From contig JAKIWX010000004.1 in NCBI GenBank assembly GCA_022749845.1, forward strand, positions 1 through 44,691: DNA of 44,691 bases. Direction: 5' to 3'. This stretch comes from Thermoplasmata archaeon (GTDB lineage: Archaea; Thermoplasmatota; Thermoplasmata; Lutacidiplasmatales; UBA184). The position numbers and the translations under genes are program-made. Below the pieces are notes generated by a model. That model had not been told where the DNA came from, made no database searches, and worked only from the letters and a program-made list of their open reading frames with translations. Below are positions 34,552 through 44,691 of the stretch, piece after piece. Position 1 is the stretch's first letter; each line of letters begins with the position of its first letter.

Positions 34552-35679
34552 GTGAAGGTCATCGCGTTCTATTTACCGCAGTTCCACGAGATCCCCGAGA
34601 ACGACCGGTGGTGGGGACAAGGCTTCACCGAGTGGACCAATACGCGGCGGTCCAAGCCCCTCTTTCCCGGGCACTATCAACCCCGCGAGCCTCTGGGAGA
34701 CAACTACTACTCGCTGCTGGACCCGAACACCCAGGAGTGGCAGGCGCGGCTCGCGGCCGAGTACGGGGTGGATGCGTTCTGCTACTACCATTACTGGTTC
34801 AACGGCGAGCGGCTCCTGGAGCGTCCGTTCGAGACCATGCTCGAATCTGGCAGGCCCGACTTTCCCTTCTGCCTGAGCTGGGCAAATGAACCTTGGTCTC
34901 GGGCTTGGAACGGTCGACGGCGCGACATCATCGCGCCTCAGTCGTACGGTGGAGAAGCGGAGTGGGACCGTCATTTCGAGTACCTCGCTCGAGCGTTCCG
35001 CGACCCACGGTATGTCCGTGTAGAGGGGAAACCCCTGTTCATCATCTATCGGCCCTCCCATTTCCGACAATGCGCGGAGATGGTCGAACATTGGCGCAGG
35101 TTGGCGTCGAAGGACGGGTTCGAGGGCCTCTACCTCCTTCATGTCCTGAACACCTTTGAGCGCCGGGTCGTGAACGGCTTCGACGGCGTCATCGAGCTCG
35201 AACCGACGTACACCATCTCGCACGGCATGCCGATCGGCTGGAAGGTGCGACGCTACGCCCGTGCGATTGCCCGGGTCCTAACCCAGCGATCACCGCGGCT
35301 CGAGCGCCGGTTCCTGGACCGTGTGGATTACGATCAGGTGTGGCAGCGGATTCTCGCGCGGGATCCGACCCGGAACCGGGTACGGACCTACCTCGGAGCC
35401 TTTCCGGATTGGGACAACTCGCCCCGGCGCCAAGATCGGGGGACCGTCTTCGAGAATTCTAGTCCTTCCAGCTTCCAGAACTATGTGCGGTCCCAGCTGA
35501 AGCGAAGCGACAACGGCCGGGAGGATGACCTCCTCTTCGTCAACGCGTGGAACGAATGGGCCGAGGGCGCCTATCTCGAACCCGACAAGAAGCACGCTTA
35601 CGGCTACCTCGAAGCTCTACGTCTCGCGAGGGGCGCACCACCGGCCGTTTCAGCACAGAGTTCTACTCCTCCCGGATGA
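34552..35679 (+). CDS. WbsX-like / GH99-like glycan-active protein
   Basis: AFYLPQFH..PEND.WWG.GFTEWTN, FCYYHYWF, WANEPW, WDNSPR and NAWNEWAEG.YLEPD. Confidence 0.92.
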   Translation: MKVIAFYLPQFHEIPENDRWWGQGFTEWTNTRRSKPLFPGHYQPREPLGDNYYSLLDPNTQEWQARLAAEYGVDAFCYYHYWFNGERLLERPFETMLESGRPDFPFCLSWANEPWSRAWNGRRRDIIAPQSYGGEAEWDRHFEYLARAFRDPRYVRVEGKPLFIIYRPSHFRQCAEMVEHWRRLASKDGFEGLYLLHVLNTFERRVVNGFDGVIELEPTYTISHGMPIGWKVRRYARAIARVLTQRSPRLERRFLDRVDYDQVWQRILARDPTRNRVRTYLGAFPDWDNSPRRQDRGTVFENSSPSSFQNYVRSQLKRSDNGREDDLLFVNAWNEWAEGAYLEPDKKHAYGYLEALRLARGAPPAVSAQSSTPPG

Positions 35680-38369
35680 TGTCGGGAGGAACCGTTCCGG
35701 CAGCGCCTCCCGGAAACCCTCCGGGACAGCCCCCCGAAGTCACCCAACGATTCCTTCGCTGGTCCGAGATCGCCTTTGCCCTCGAGAATCTCCCCTTCCT
35801 GTTCCTCTTCTACGACGCCTTCAACCTCAACGACTCGCTCTACTCCACAAGCCTGCTCTACTTCGGCCTCACGCCGTACGACCCGAACCACGGGGCCACG
35901 ATCCTCGTCGGCTACCCCCTTCTGCCGTACAACCTCGGCATGCTGGGCGCTTACTCTGCCTCAGCGTACAGTCTGCTCGCGACCGCTGTCTTCCTGAAGC
36001 TTCTCGCGCTCGCAGCCACCTACCTCGCAGCCCGCCTCTTGCTCCGGATCGCGCTGCGGGAACGCTGCACGAATTGGCGAGCGATCTATCTCACCTTCCT
36101 GCTGAACCCGTTCCTCCTTCTGGTCAACGTCATCTGGATCGAGACGGACATCTTCGTCATCCTTGCCCTGCTGGTCGCGTTCTACTTCTACCACTACGGA
36201 TGGCATCGTTCCGGCGATCTTCTCGCCCTGGCGTGTGGACTCACCGCGCTCCTGTGGGCGGGGTTCAGCTACTTCGCTCCGCTCCTCCTAGTACCGACCC
36301 TCGTCGTCTACGGCTCGACGCTCAAGCGGCGGCTCTCCTCATTCGCGCTGGTGGCTGCGATGGGCGCACTGTTCGCCGTTCCATTTCTCGTGTTCCAGTT
36401 CAGCTCCTTCACGATCCTGGGGGTCACCGGCAAAGGAGCCACCAACCCATATTCGCTCCTCCAGCTGGTGGTCCCTCTCGGAGCTACGATTCCGGCGATC
36501 GTCTCGCGTGGAACCCTCGTCCTCGTTGGGATTGCCTCGGTGGCGTTGCCCTTCGTCCTTCAGCGACGGGGCATCCACGCGTCGGTCTGTCTCCTGACCG
36601 TCTTCGCCTTCGCCTTGCTGGCGACTCCCTCCGCGGTCCAAGGGGACAACTTTGTCATCCTCACCGGGCTCATTCCGCTAGCGTTGATTTTCACTCCCGG
36701 AGTGAGGATCTCGGTGGCGAGGATCTTCGCACTGGAGCTCTTCCTGCTCCCGCTCATGTGGATCGTCCAAATGTTCAACGGGCCCGGCCAGGTCACCGGG
36801 GTCTACTACTGGGCCTTCTTCGTCCTGCATCAGAACGTCGACCTCTTCCAGCCGCTCGGCGGGACCGTCGTCTGGCGGCTTTCCATCGTCCTCGTGGGCG
36901 TTCTCCTCACCGGCACGGTGGGCTATCTGCTGCGAAGCCAGGTGATCTCGAATCGGGCCGCGACCCCGGCCCCGGTCCCTGCGAGCTCGGCCGACGTGGG
37001 GCGGAGGCTCCGCTCCCCGCTCGAGTCCCTTGCCGTCTCAAGGCGGAGGGCGCTCGGAGTGTGCCTCATCGCGATACTGATCGCCGCCCCCGTGGTGGGT
37101 TGGGCCAGCACTCGTTCGGGATTCTCGTTCGACTCCGAGGGGGGCTTTCCCTCGCAGCTCTTCTTCACCCACGACTACGACGCGCCCTCCGACTATCTGC
37201 AACCCGCCGCGAACACCTTTTCGCTGGATCCCGGGACCGGCAGCCTGGTGATTGGCTCTTCCTCGCCGAGCCTGGGATTCATCCGCACGTTCCAGGGCCA
37301 ACAGTTCGACCTCCGGATGACGGTACGCCTGCTCGATCCGAGCACCCTGAGCATTGGATCGCCCGTGACGGTCGTCAACGCCTCTGGCTTGGAGGCAGGA
37401 TTCTCCAACGAACGGGACCTGCCCGCGAGCCTGAGCCCGCTCGTCCCGGTGGCGAGCACGGGGTTCACCTCCGTGGTGAACCCGAACCCGCTCCTCACCA
37501 ACGTGACCACGGCGTACCAAACCAACGGAAGCGGCGTGTCCGTGTACACGCTCGTTCCGTCCGCAATGCCCGGCACCACCCTCGCGTTCGCCGGAGAATT
37601 GAGTCGCGACGCGAGTTCGCAGACCGTACTATGGACCGTCTCGAACCACGGCATCGTCGTGTTGGAGGCGTACTTGGTCGGTCAGGCGTTCTACCTGGGC
37701 GCGTTCACGCAGGGGAAATGGACCTTCGCCTCGAGGAACCTCGGTTTCAGTTTCGGGAGTTGGTTCTACTCGGGCTTCTCCGTCGACCCGGTCGGCAGCA
37801 GCCTGCACGCGTGGATCAACGGCGTGACGCTTGGCCTCACGGGGGTGTGGAACGCGACGGACGACACGACGCTCAATTATGGCAAGTTCTCCCCGAGCGC
37901 TGCGAACGATGGAAAGTTCGCCTTCATCGGAAACCTCACGGCACTCTACGCGCAGCCCACGGCCGACCTGAAGTACGCCACCACCGCCTTCATGGACCCG
38001 GCCCCGCTAGCGCCGCTCGCGACCCTCCTCCTAGGTTCCGTCGCCCAGATCAACTACTCGGGATCTCCCTTCTCCTCTGTCCTGAGCGTGGACGGTGTAG
38101 CGAGCCGCTCGACCGCTCCGGACCCGGAGATTCAGTTCGGCAAGATCACGGATAGTGGGGCTGCGTTGCAGTTCCAGTTCGAACGCGTCGATATCTCCTC
38201 AGCCCCTCCCGTCGGCGGGACCTTCTGGTTCCTCCTAGAGTTCGCCGTCTCCTTTCCCGCAGTCCCCTTTGTCCTGTTCGCGACACGCCCCTCGGCGCGT
38301 CCGACAGAGCTCGGCACCGGCCCGAGCGCGGTCGAGGACCACGGGGCCAACCCACCCGCGGTTCAGTAG
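35676..38369 (+). CDS. Large membrane protein: GT-C-like multi-TM region plus extracellular beta-rich (LamG/ConA-like) domain and C-terminal TM
   Basis: About 12 TM segments with YP..PY and LNP motifs; then a Ser/Thr/Gly-rich region containing AWING and F.G.L..L. Confidence 0.7.
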   Translation: MMSGGTVPAAPPGNPPGQPPEVTQRFLRWSEIAFALENLPFLFLFYDAFNLNDSLYSTSLLYFGLTPYDPNHGATILVGYPLLPYNLGMLGAYSASAYSLLATAVFLKLLALAATYLAARLLLRIALRERCTNWRAIYLTFLLNPFLLLVNVIWIETDIFVILALLVAFYFYHYGWHRSGDLLALACGLTALLWAGFSYFAPLLLVPTLVVYGSTLKRRLSSFALVAAMGALFAVPFLVFQFSSFTILGVTGKGATNPYSLLQLVVPLGATIPAIVSRGTLVLVGIASVALPFVLQRRGIHASVCLLTVFAFALLATPSAVQGDNFVILTGLIPLALIFTPGVRISVARIFALELFLLPLMWIVQMFNGPGQVTGVYYWAFFVLHQNVDLFQPLGGTVVWRLSIVLVGVLLTGTVGYLLRSQVISNRAATPAPVPASSADVGRRLRSPLESLAVSRRRALGVCLIAILIAAPVVGWASTRSGFSFDSEGGFPSQLFFTHDYDAPSDYLQPAANTFSLDPGTGSLVIGSSSPSLGFIRTFQGQQFDLRMTVRLLDPSTLSIGSPVTVVNASGLEAGFSNERDLPASLSPLVPVASTGFTSVVNPNPLLTNVTTAYQTNGSGVSVYTLVPSAMPGTTLAFAGELSRDASSQTVLWTVSNHGIVVLEAYLVGQAFYLGAFTQGKWTFASRNLGFSFGSWFYSGFSVDPVGSSLHAWINGVTLGLTGVWNATDDTTLNYGKFSPSAANDGKFAFIGNLTALYAQPTADLKYATTAFMDPAPLAPLATLLLGSVAQINYSGSPFSSVLSVDGVASRSTAPDPEIQFGKITDSGAALQFQFERVDISSAPPVGGTFWFLLEFAVSFPAVPFVLFATRPSARPTELGTGPSAVEDHGANPPAVQ

Positions 38370-38595
38370 AAGGTCGCGCCGCCTCGCGGGAAGGCGGTGG
38401 AGAAACTAGGGAACGGGTGGCGGGCCGCACCAGGGGGAAGCCGTCGTGGGTCAGGTCGCGAATCCCAAGGGGTAGTCAACCGAATCTTGGTGCGGAAAGG
38501 AGCTCCCTAGGCCTCCTAACTTTGTCGCGGGCACGGAGGAACTTGCAGCCGCTTGTCTCTGGTGCGGCAGGAGCCGCCCGGGCGAGGGGTTGGCG

Positions 38596-39732
38596 TTACG
38601 AGGGCGGCCGAAGGGACTCCCGGCTGCGTCGTCGTCCTCGAGGTACGGCGAATCCGACGGCGTAGGCGACGTCCGCCATCCAGCCGATTCCCCCCATCGT
38701 CGCTAGCTCCCGGCCCCGGAGTCGGTACGATTTCCTCTCCCGAATGCCTCGGAGGGTCAGCTGAGCCCATCTCGCTACAGGGGGAACTCCGATGACGAGT
38801 AGGGCGAAGGGGGCCCGAGTCCAGAGGTAGAGCCCAACTCCAACCAAGGCCAAGAAGATCCAGAGCACCCCGCTCATTCTATTCACGAACCGGGGATCCA
38901 CAGAAGCTCCCGGGGCGCGGCGCAGCGCACCGAACCGAGTGGTCGCCAGGACCTGCCGCATCTGTCTCCCGTACGAGGCGTCCTTCCGAAGATGGGTTCG
39001 CAGTCCGCCGGACGCGCCCAACATGATGGTGAATCGGAGCTCCGGGTCGCGCACGACCCGGTACTGCGTTTGTCTTAGTCGCCAAGCCAACACCTGGTCC
39101 TCTCCACCCTCCTCGAGCCGAGTATCGAATCCGCCCAGCTGAAGAAGCGCGCTCCGGCGAAACATGTCGCACTTGTTCTCGGAGAAGAGCGTGTAGCGAC
39201 CCCTACCCTGTTCGGCCGCCGTGGTGTCCATGGCGTGGTGCCGGAGCACCCAGAACTCGCGCTCGAGGGGGTCCATCCGCTCTACGTTGTGGATTGGCGA
39301 GCCGACCGCCGAGATCACCACCGGGTTGTCGAAATGACGGGCCGCACGGGCGAGCCAGTCGCTGCCCACGAGGGAGCAGTCCTGGTGCAGGACGAGCACA
39401 AGTTCCCCCTCCGCAGTTCGCACGCCTTCGTTGAGCGTCGAGGCTAGCCCCGCATTCTCACCGTGCGGGACGAGGCGAGCTCCCGGCGTCGACTTCGCGA
39501 TCTCCACGAGAAGAGCCGAGCTTCCGTCGGTGCTGCCATCGTCGATGAGCAGGATCTCGCCGGGAGGTGGGAGTTGGGAGGCCACAGAGGCGACGGCGCG
39601 CCGGATGGAATGCTCTCCGTTGTAGACGGGTAGGAGGACCGAGACGCTTGGCGGGGCAGCTGCGGCGGCCCGTTCGGGGTGGGCGACAGAGGAGGAAACC
39701 GAGGCCGCTGGCGAGGAGGTGGGTGGGCTCAT
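38596..39732 (-). CDS. GT2 glycosyltransferase with C-terminal TM helices
   Basis: SVLLPVYN, IDDGSTD, N.G.A..LN.G, LHQD and GGFD......ED. Confidence 0.9.
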   Translation of the reverse strand: MSPPTSSPAASVSSSVAHPERAAAAAPPSVSVLLPVYNGEHSIRRAVASVASQLPPPGEILLIDDGSTDGSSALLVEIAKSTPGARLVPHGENAGLASTLNEGVRTAEGELVLVLHQDCSLVGSDWLARAARHFDNPVVISAVGSPIHNVERMDPLEREFWVLRHHAMDTTAAEQGRGRYTLFSENKCDMFRRSALLQLGGFDTRLEEGGEDQVLAWRLRQTQYRVVRDPELRFTIMLGASGGLRTHLRKDASYGRQMRQVLATTRFGALRRAPGASVDPRFVNRMSGVLWIFLALVGVGLYLWTRAPFALLVIGVPPVARWAQLTLRGIRERKSYRLRGRELATMGGIGWMADVAYAVGFAVPRGRRRSRESLRPPS

Positions 39733-39855
39733 GGTTCGACGACCATCCTCCCTGGCTCAGGCGGGCCAACTGCCGCACGGACGTGGTCGGTATGGCGGAG
39801 AACCGCGCCCTTGCTGACGGCGAGGTTTGGCACGGTGGGGTTCAAGTCGGCGCGG

Positions 39856-40743
39856 TCATTCCTGGCGCTGGGAGCGCAGGGTGTCGGGCCGGCCGAGCCG
39901 GCCGAACTCCCGTTCGGGAGAGGGGAGCGCGTACTCTGGAGCTTGGAACAGACCCCGATTCCTGGACGGGATGCGGGCCTTGAGCCGAAGCAGCCCCGCC
40001 CCGTGGAGAAGTACGTCGGCCAGGAGCCGACCAAAGCTCGTGCGGGTCGCTTTCCTCTCCACCCATTCGACGGGAACCTCCTTGATGCCGAATCCGTCGG
40101 CGTGGGCGAGCACGAGGATCTCGGTGTCCCAGAACCAGGAGTCCTCCGTCGTCTGGTCGAGGAGTTGGCGAACCGCTCGCGCGTTGAAGGCCTTGAGTCC
40201 GCATTGATGGTCCCGGATCGACTCCGAGAACGCGACGCGGACGAGCCAGTTGTAGGCTCGAGAGACGAGGAAACGCAGCGGGGGGCGGTGCACGCGGCTG
40301 CCGTCCATGTATCGGGAACCCGTGACAACATCCCAACCGTTCGCCACCTCCCGGACGACCGTCGCGAGGGGCTCCGAGCCACTCGCGAGGTCGGCGTCCG
40401 TGAAGCAGTAGATGTCGGCCTCTTGGCGGGACCATAGCTCGCGTAACGCCTTGCCCCGGCCCAGAGCGTGCGGCCACTCCTGTACAATGATCTCCGGAAA
40501 GAGCGAAGGCAGCTCCTCCAACAGTGCCTTGGTTCCGTCAGTGGACCCGTCTTCGGCGATCGCGAGCTGATAGCTGAATCCGGAGGAGTCGAACGCTGCC
40601 TTCAGCGCCCGGATTGTCGGGACAAGTCGGGCGGCCTCGTTCCGGACAGGGATGGTGACGAGAACCCGCGGAGCGCTGGCCCGGGGCATCCCTCTGGCTC
40701 TGTGGGGTTCCTCGGAAACAGACTCCGCGGCCCCCGTATCCAT
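39856..40743 (-). CDS. GT2, dolichyl/polyprenyl-phosphate glycosyltransferase (DPG-synthase-like); start uncertain
   Basis: IPVRNE, EDGSTD, GRGKA, TDADL, GSRY, DHQCGLKAF, WFWDTE.L and EVPVEW. Confidence 0.9.
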   Translation of the reverse strand: MDTGAAESVSEEPHRARGMPRASAPRVLVTIPVRNEAARLVPTIRALKAAFDSSGFSYQLAIAEDGSTDGTKALLEELPSLFPEIIVQEWPHALGRGKALRELWSRQEADIYCFTDADLASGSEPLATVVREVANGWDVVTGSRYMDGSRVHRPPLRFLVSRAYNWLVRVAFSESIRDHQCGLKAFNARAVRQLLDQTTEDSWFWDTEILVLAHADGFGIKEVPVEWVERKATRTSFGRLLADVLLHGAGLLRLKARIPSRNRGLFQAPEYALPSPEREFGRLGRPDTLRSQRQE

Positions 40744-41232
40744 GCCGGTCCAGTGCCCTAGGGAGGTCGGCGTGTCGGAAACCAGAGAACCCGCCGACAC
40801 TGCCTGAACTCCGCTCCGGAACCGAGCGGCTGACGAGCCCGGAAAAGACACTGGCCACGCCCGTGTCGTTCCGTCCGCCATTGAACCCGGCTACGCAACA
40901 ATGGACTTGACACCCCTCATATGACTTGTGGTTCACACGACTGAGGGTGGAGCGTTCGAAGACCCTCCATCTCCGCCGTCACCGGGGACCCCCTCGTGGA
41001 TGCACCGAGACTCGGCGAGCTGGGGCAGATTCGATCCGTTGCGCCTCGCTGGGCAAGGGGATCACCTCCACGGTGTCTCAGTTGCGCCGCGGCGCGACTG
41101 CTCCGGAAGGCTTTTCCACCGGTTCTCGCCTCGGCGCTCAGTGACTCACGCTCCTCGAGTCCGCTCCGATCGGACGCGCGGCGGTCCCCGGAGAGAGCTT
41201 CAAATCCTAGCCATCTCCGGCGGCCCTCCCTG

Positions 41233-42723
41233 ATGGCCACTGGGAGCACTCCGACCGACCCTGCGCCGCCGCTCCGCAGCGAGGGTAGGCGGCGACGGCT
41301 GCTCCGGGCGATGCGCGAGGGGGTCCAGCTTTCCCTGCTGCTTGGTCCCCTCGAACGACTGGCACGAACCTCGCACCGCCGCTGGCTCCTGGTCGTACTC
41401 CTCACCGGAACGGGGCTACGCCTACTTCTCGCACCGCTCACGAGCCAATACGACCCCGCGATCTTCGGCGAGAGCTCGGCCACGATGGCGATGGGTGGGG
41501 GACCGTACACCTATCTCATCGTCTATCCGACCGATTGGGTCCTCGTCCTGAATCTGATCGGGAGGACCGCCGCCCTCTTCCTACCCGCGAACGCACTCGT
41601 GGCGGCCCCCGCCGCCGTCCTCACGCTCGGATTGACGCTCGGCGGGCTCGAGCCCACCTCCTATCCGGTACCTCTCGTCGCGCTGCTCGAGAAGGGCATC
41701 GTACTCCTCTTTGACGTCGCGATGGCGGGGCTCCTCTACAGCATCGTCCAGGAGTGGAGCGGGGACCGCCTCAAAGCGCGCCTCGTGTTCGCCGCTTGGT
41801 TCCTCAACCCGTTTGTCGTCATCGAGAGCGGAATACACGGCGCCTTCGACGTGATCCCGACGTTTTTCGTGGTCGCCGCGTTCTATCTCTGGTACCACGA
41901 CCGCCCACTTTCTGCCGGGGCGGCGTTCGGGCTCGGGGTGATGGTGAAGGTCTACCCGCTGCTTCTCCTACCTTTGTTCGTCGCGGCGCTCCTCGCGCGC
42001 CGCGACCTAGCCCCGGTGCGGCGGGCGATGAGCGCGTTGTGGTTCGGGCTCGGCACGGCGGGGATCGTCGCCCTCTCGCTCTGGCCACCCGGGATACTCC
42101 AACAGTACCTGCAGATCGTGGGGACCGGCCCCTCGGTGGGCGAGTCGCACGGGGGCTTCGGCCCTTGGTCCCTGTCCGCGTTTCCCGGGCTCGGGGGATG
42201 GAGACGCTGGCTGTTCCTAAACACGGCCCCCGTCGCGCTCATCTCGGCCGCGATCGCCTTCGGCCTCGTGACTCTCTTCGCGATCTACTATGCACGGCGG
42301 GCAGGGGCCGGGAACTGGCACGCGCCCCTCACATACGCAGCGGTCGGCTCCGTTTTCGCGATCCTTCTCAGCTTCTCGGTCACCCAGCCCCAATACCTGC
42401 TCTGGATCCTGCCGTGGCTCCTCCTCGCGGCGGTCGTGGAACGGAGGTTTCGCACGGTCGCGGCTGCCCTCACGCTCGGCGGCTCCACGTTCTACGTCGT
42501 GGGTTTGGCGGGGCCGCTCTACCTAGCGCAGCCCACGGCGATTTTCACCCATTGGATCTCCTTCTCCCTCATCGACGCCGCTGTGCTGGGCTCTCCGATC
42601 TACGCGCCGTGGGTCGAGCTCGTCACCACGGTGAGCGTCTTCCTGCTCCTCACCTACGCGGCGCTCCAAGCCCTGCGACGACTGCGCAGGCCGACCGCTG
42701 GAGGTGTCCGCGTTGCGGCTTGA
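41233..42723 (+). CDS. GT-C (GT87/DUF2029-like) membrane glycosyltransferase
   Basis: YD, GPY...YP, WFLNP, G.FD, KVYP and PQYLLW..P. Confidence 0.82.
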   Translation: MATGSTPTDPAPPLRSEGRRRRLLRAMREGVQLSLLLGPLERLARTSHRRWLLVVLLTGTGLRLLLAPLTSQYDPAIFGESSATMAMGGGPYTYLIVYPTDWVLVLNLIGRTAALFLPANALVAAPAAVLTLGLTLGGLEPTSYPVPLVALLEKGIVLLFDVAMAGLLYSIVQEWSGDRLKARLVFAAWFLNPFVVIESGIHGAFDVIPTFFVVAAFYLWYHDRPLSAGAAFGLGVMVKVYPLLLLPLFVAALLARRDLAPVRRAMSALWFGLGTAGIVALSLWPPGILQQYLQIVGTGPSVGESHGGFGPWSLSAFPGLGGWRRWLFLNTAPVALISAAIAFGLVTLFAIYYARRAGAGNWHAPLTYAAVGSVFAILLSFSVTQPQYLLWILPWLLLAAVVERRFRTVAAALTLGGSTFYVVGLAGPLYLAQPTAIFTHWISFSLIDAAVLGSPIYAPWVELVTTVSVFLLLTYAALQALRRLRRPTAGGVRVAA

Positions 42724-43771
42724 GCCGGTCCGGCTCCTCCAGGCGGTGATCGTCGTCTTCGTAGCAGCGCTCCTCCTTTCGGAAGGGCTTCTGTACGCGC
42801 CGGGCGCGCGCCCGCGGCTGACCGTCGAGCAGAGCTTCCACGACCTGGGCAGCGGCCGCGTGGCGCTGTTCACGAACGCTACCGGGAGCTTCGACGCGAA
42901 CCTCGCCCAGTCGGTGTTCGCCGTGGCGCAGCCCACTCCACCGACGGATGTGTACTACTACTACGACGCGAACTACCCGGTCTCCTTCTCCTCCATTGCC
43001 GACTGGTTCGGCCTCACCCAGCACCTGAGCGTCGTCGCTTCGGCGCGAGGCCTCCCGTTCAACCTCACCCTGGTGGACGCGGTGGGACTCGCGGGAGTGC
43101 TCCGTCAACCCCCCCGAGCGAACACCGTGCTGATTGTCGCCTCGGGGGTGCTGCCCGACACCGTCTACACGGCGCAGAGCGACCTCCTCGCTCCCTGGAT
43201 CCGGCTTGGCGGAACCCTGGTCTGGGCGGGCGACACGGTGGGAAGGTACGAAGGAACCCCCATCGCGCCGGGCGCGACCTTCGGGAAGCTTCTCCCGGTG
43301 CCCAACGGCTCAGCCCGGTTCCTGTCGGGGATCCATCTTGGGGGAACGGGGATTGTCTACTCGAACCGTTCGGTGTTCTCGGACGCCGTCTACCTCGCCT
43401 ACCCATACGCAATTGCCGGCGGAGCGTTCCGGACGAGCGACGTCCTGGCGGCGAACGGTCGGGTGCTCGGCTTCCTCGATGGCGCCTGGACGAACTGGGC
43501 GGCGTTCCCGATCGGCCAAGGAACGCTGGTCGACCTCGCGGCGCCGGGCTACGACGTCGTGCGCCTCTCCTTCTCGCTCGTGAACTTGCTCCAGTCGGGA
43601 GCGTGGTCTCCGACGAACACGCTCGAGGGCGCCTCGGCGTTCAGCGTTGCCTCGAACTCACCGTTCTCCTCGGTCGCGCTCCTCGCTGCCCCCGGAGCGG
43701 GCTTGCATCTCTGCGCTTTTTCGGTCGAGGTCGATTATCTCGCCCCGTTCGCCGCGCGCAGCTGCGCCTAG
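42704..43771 (+). CDS. Hypothetical membrane-anchored extracellular protein
   Basis: Single N-terminal TM, host-like codon use, overlaps the upstream GT-C gene. Confidence 0.7.
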   Translation: MSALRLEPVRLLQAVIVVFVAALLLSEGLLYAPGARPRLTVEQSFHDLGSGRVALFTNATGSFDANLAQSVFAVAQPTPPTDVYYYYDANYPVSFSSIADWFGLTQHLSVVASARGLPFNLTLVDAVGLAGVLRQPPRANTVLIVASGVLPDTVYTAQSDLLAPWIRLGGTLVWAGDTVGRYEGTPIAPGATFGKLLPVPNGSARFLSGIHLGGTGIVYSNRSVFSDAVYLAYPYAIAGGAFRTSDVLAANGRVLGFLDGAWTNWAAFPIGQGTLVDLAAPGYDVVRLSFSLVNLLQSGAWSPTNTLEGASAFSVASNSPFSSVALLAAPGAGLHLCAFSVEVDYLAPFAARSCA

Positions 43772-43785
43772 CGGAGGGGGGTGGC

Positions 43786-44691
43786 TCACGCGGCGAGTTG
43801 CTTCGCCGTGCGATAGAGTCGCACCGCCAGGCTCGGGGAGGCCACGTACAGGCCCGCAAGCGGAACGACCGCTGGATAGGTACGCACTTCGAGGGTCGAG
43901 GAGAGCCTTAGGAGATCGAGCCAGAGACGTGCGACTCGAGCTCGCCCGCGGCTAGCACCGCGGAGCTCGGCGATCGCCTCCTCGAGCGCGATGGACCCCT
44001 GCACGTACCGAACGACCGAGGCGTCCTCCGACCTCCGCGCGACGTCGAGGAGCACGCGGCGGACGGCGAGATTGCGTTCCGAGAGTCGGCGCAGCCGTTC
44101 GAACTCCTCGGCGGTCGGTCGCGAGGCGCTCGACGCACTCTCGGGGTGCAGCCGGAGCTCGGTGAGGGGGCGGTCGTCAAGGAGGAGGGAACCGGAGGAG
44201 CTGAGCGCGGCCACGAAGAGAAACTGGTCGACGAGGAGGTCCGTTTGCGCGAGCGCCGCGGCCCACGGTTCGAGCATGGTCCGGCGAACCGAGATCGAGC
44301 TGTTGTTGTACCCGGGAAAGAGGCCACGTAGGTTCGAGAGGTCTCCACGCGGGGTCCGGGGGGGCACGAGCACCCGCCCGACCCGCGAGGTCCGGACCAC
44401 GGCGTCCCGACGGAAGTAGGGTGGCTCGAGCGGTCGGCCCGCCTCGTCGATCGCCCGGAAACTGTTGTGGTAGTAGTTGAGATCGGGGTCGGAATCGAAC
44501 CGATCCAACACCTCGGCGAGCTTGGTGGGAGCGAACCGGTCGTCGTCCTCGAGGAACACCAGGACCTCGCCACGGGCCGCTGCGAGGCCCGTCGCGGCCT
44601 TCCGACCGAGCTCGGGGCCCTCGCTTTCGAGGAACCGCGCCGACCTCCCCTCCAGGAGCCGAGATCGTTCGGGCTCGGGAAGTGATCCCAC
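43786..44691 (-). CDS. GT2 glycosyltransferase, 5' end outside the window
   Basis: G...A.GE..VFLEDDD.F.P.KL and N.SS..VRR. Confidence 0.85.
   Translation of the reverse strand: MGSLPEPERSRLLEGRSARFLESEGPELGRKAATGLAAARGEVLVFLEDDDRFAPTKLAEVLDRFDSDPDLNYYHNSFRAIDEAGRPLEPPYFRRDAVVRTSRVGRVLVPPRTPRGDLSNLRGLFPGYNNSSISVRRTMLEPWAAALAQTDLLVDQFLFVAALSSSGSLLLDDRPLTELRLHPESASSASRPTAEEFERLRRLSERNLAVRRVLLDVARRSEDASVVRYVQGSIALEEAIAELRGASRGRARVARLWLDLLRLSSTLEVRTYPAVVPLAGLYVASPSLAVRLYRTAKQLAA

Noticed and set aside
39729-39960. Possible frameshift at the 3' end of the DPG-synthase-like gene, since another frame ends in an ATGA overlap with the next gene
   Set aside because: The catalytic domain is already complete and both alternative tails are low-complexity; no positive evidence.

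Overview
GC-rich archaeal DNA, most consistent with Thermoplasmata. Core archaeal markers are present: type II GAPDH, the rpoE1-spt4-DUF359-rps24e-rps27ae operon, a COG3388-like wHTH gene and three tRNAs. The most striking structure lies downstream of tRNA-Arg(CCG). The 3' end of this tRNA is repeated as direct repeats at about 12.7, 13.5 and 14.5 kb, and the repeats cut the region into three cassettes with no integrase: (1) a Ser/Thr kinase-STAND-TPR gene, a small partner and a truncated Ig-like fragment; (2) a RelE-type toxin-antitoxin pair; (3) a DsbA-like protein lacking its CxxC. Other notable items: a tRNA-Asn with a 29-nt bulge-helix-bulge intron in the T-loop (position 59/60); a two-gene AbrB-like module with three copies of a shared 13-bp operator; a candidate structured ncRNA after gap; an apparently inactive M29 peptidase; and a membrane-protein gene with no canonical start codon. 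The rest encodes surface beta-propeller proteins, a copper export pair (YHS + CopA), Amt, a three-gene transhydrogenase and a glycosylation cluster running off the right edge. All family calls come from motifs read by eye, not from database searches.
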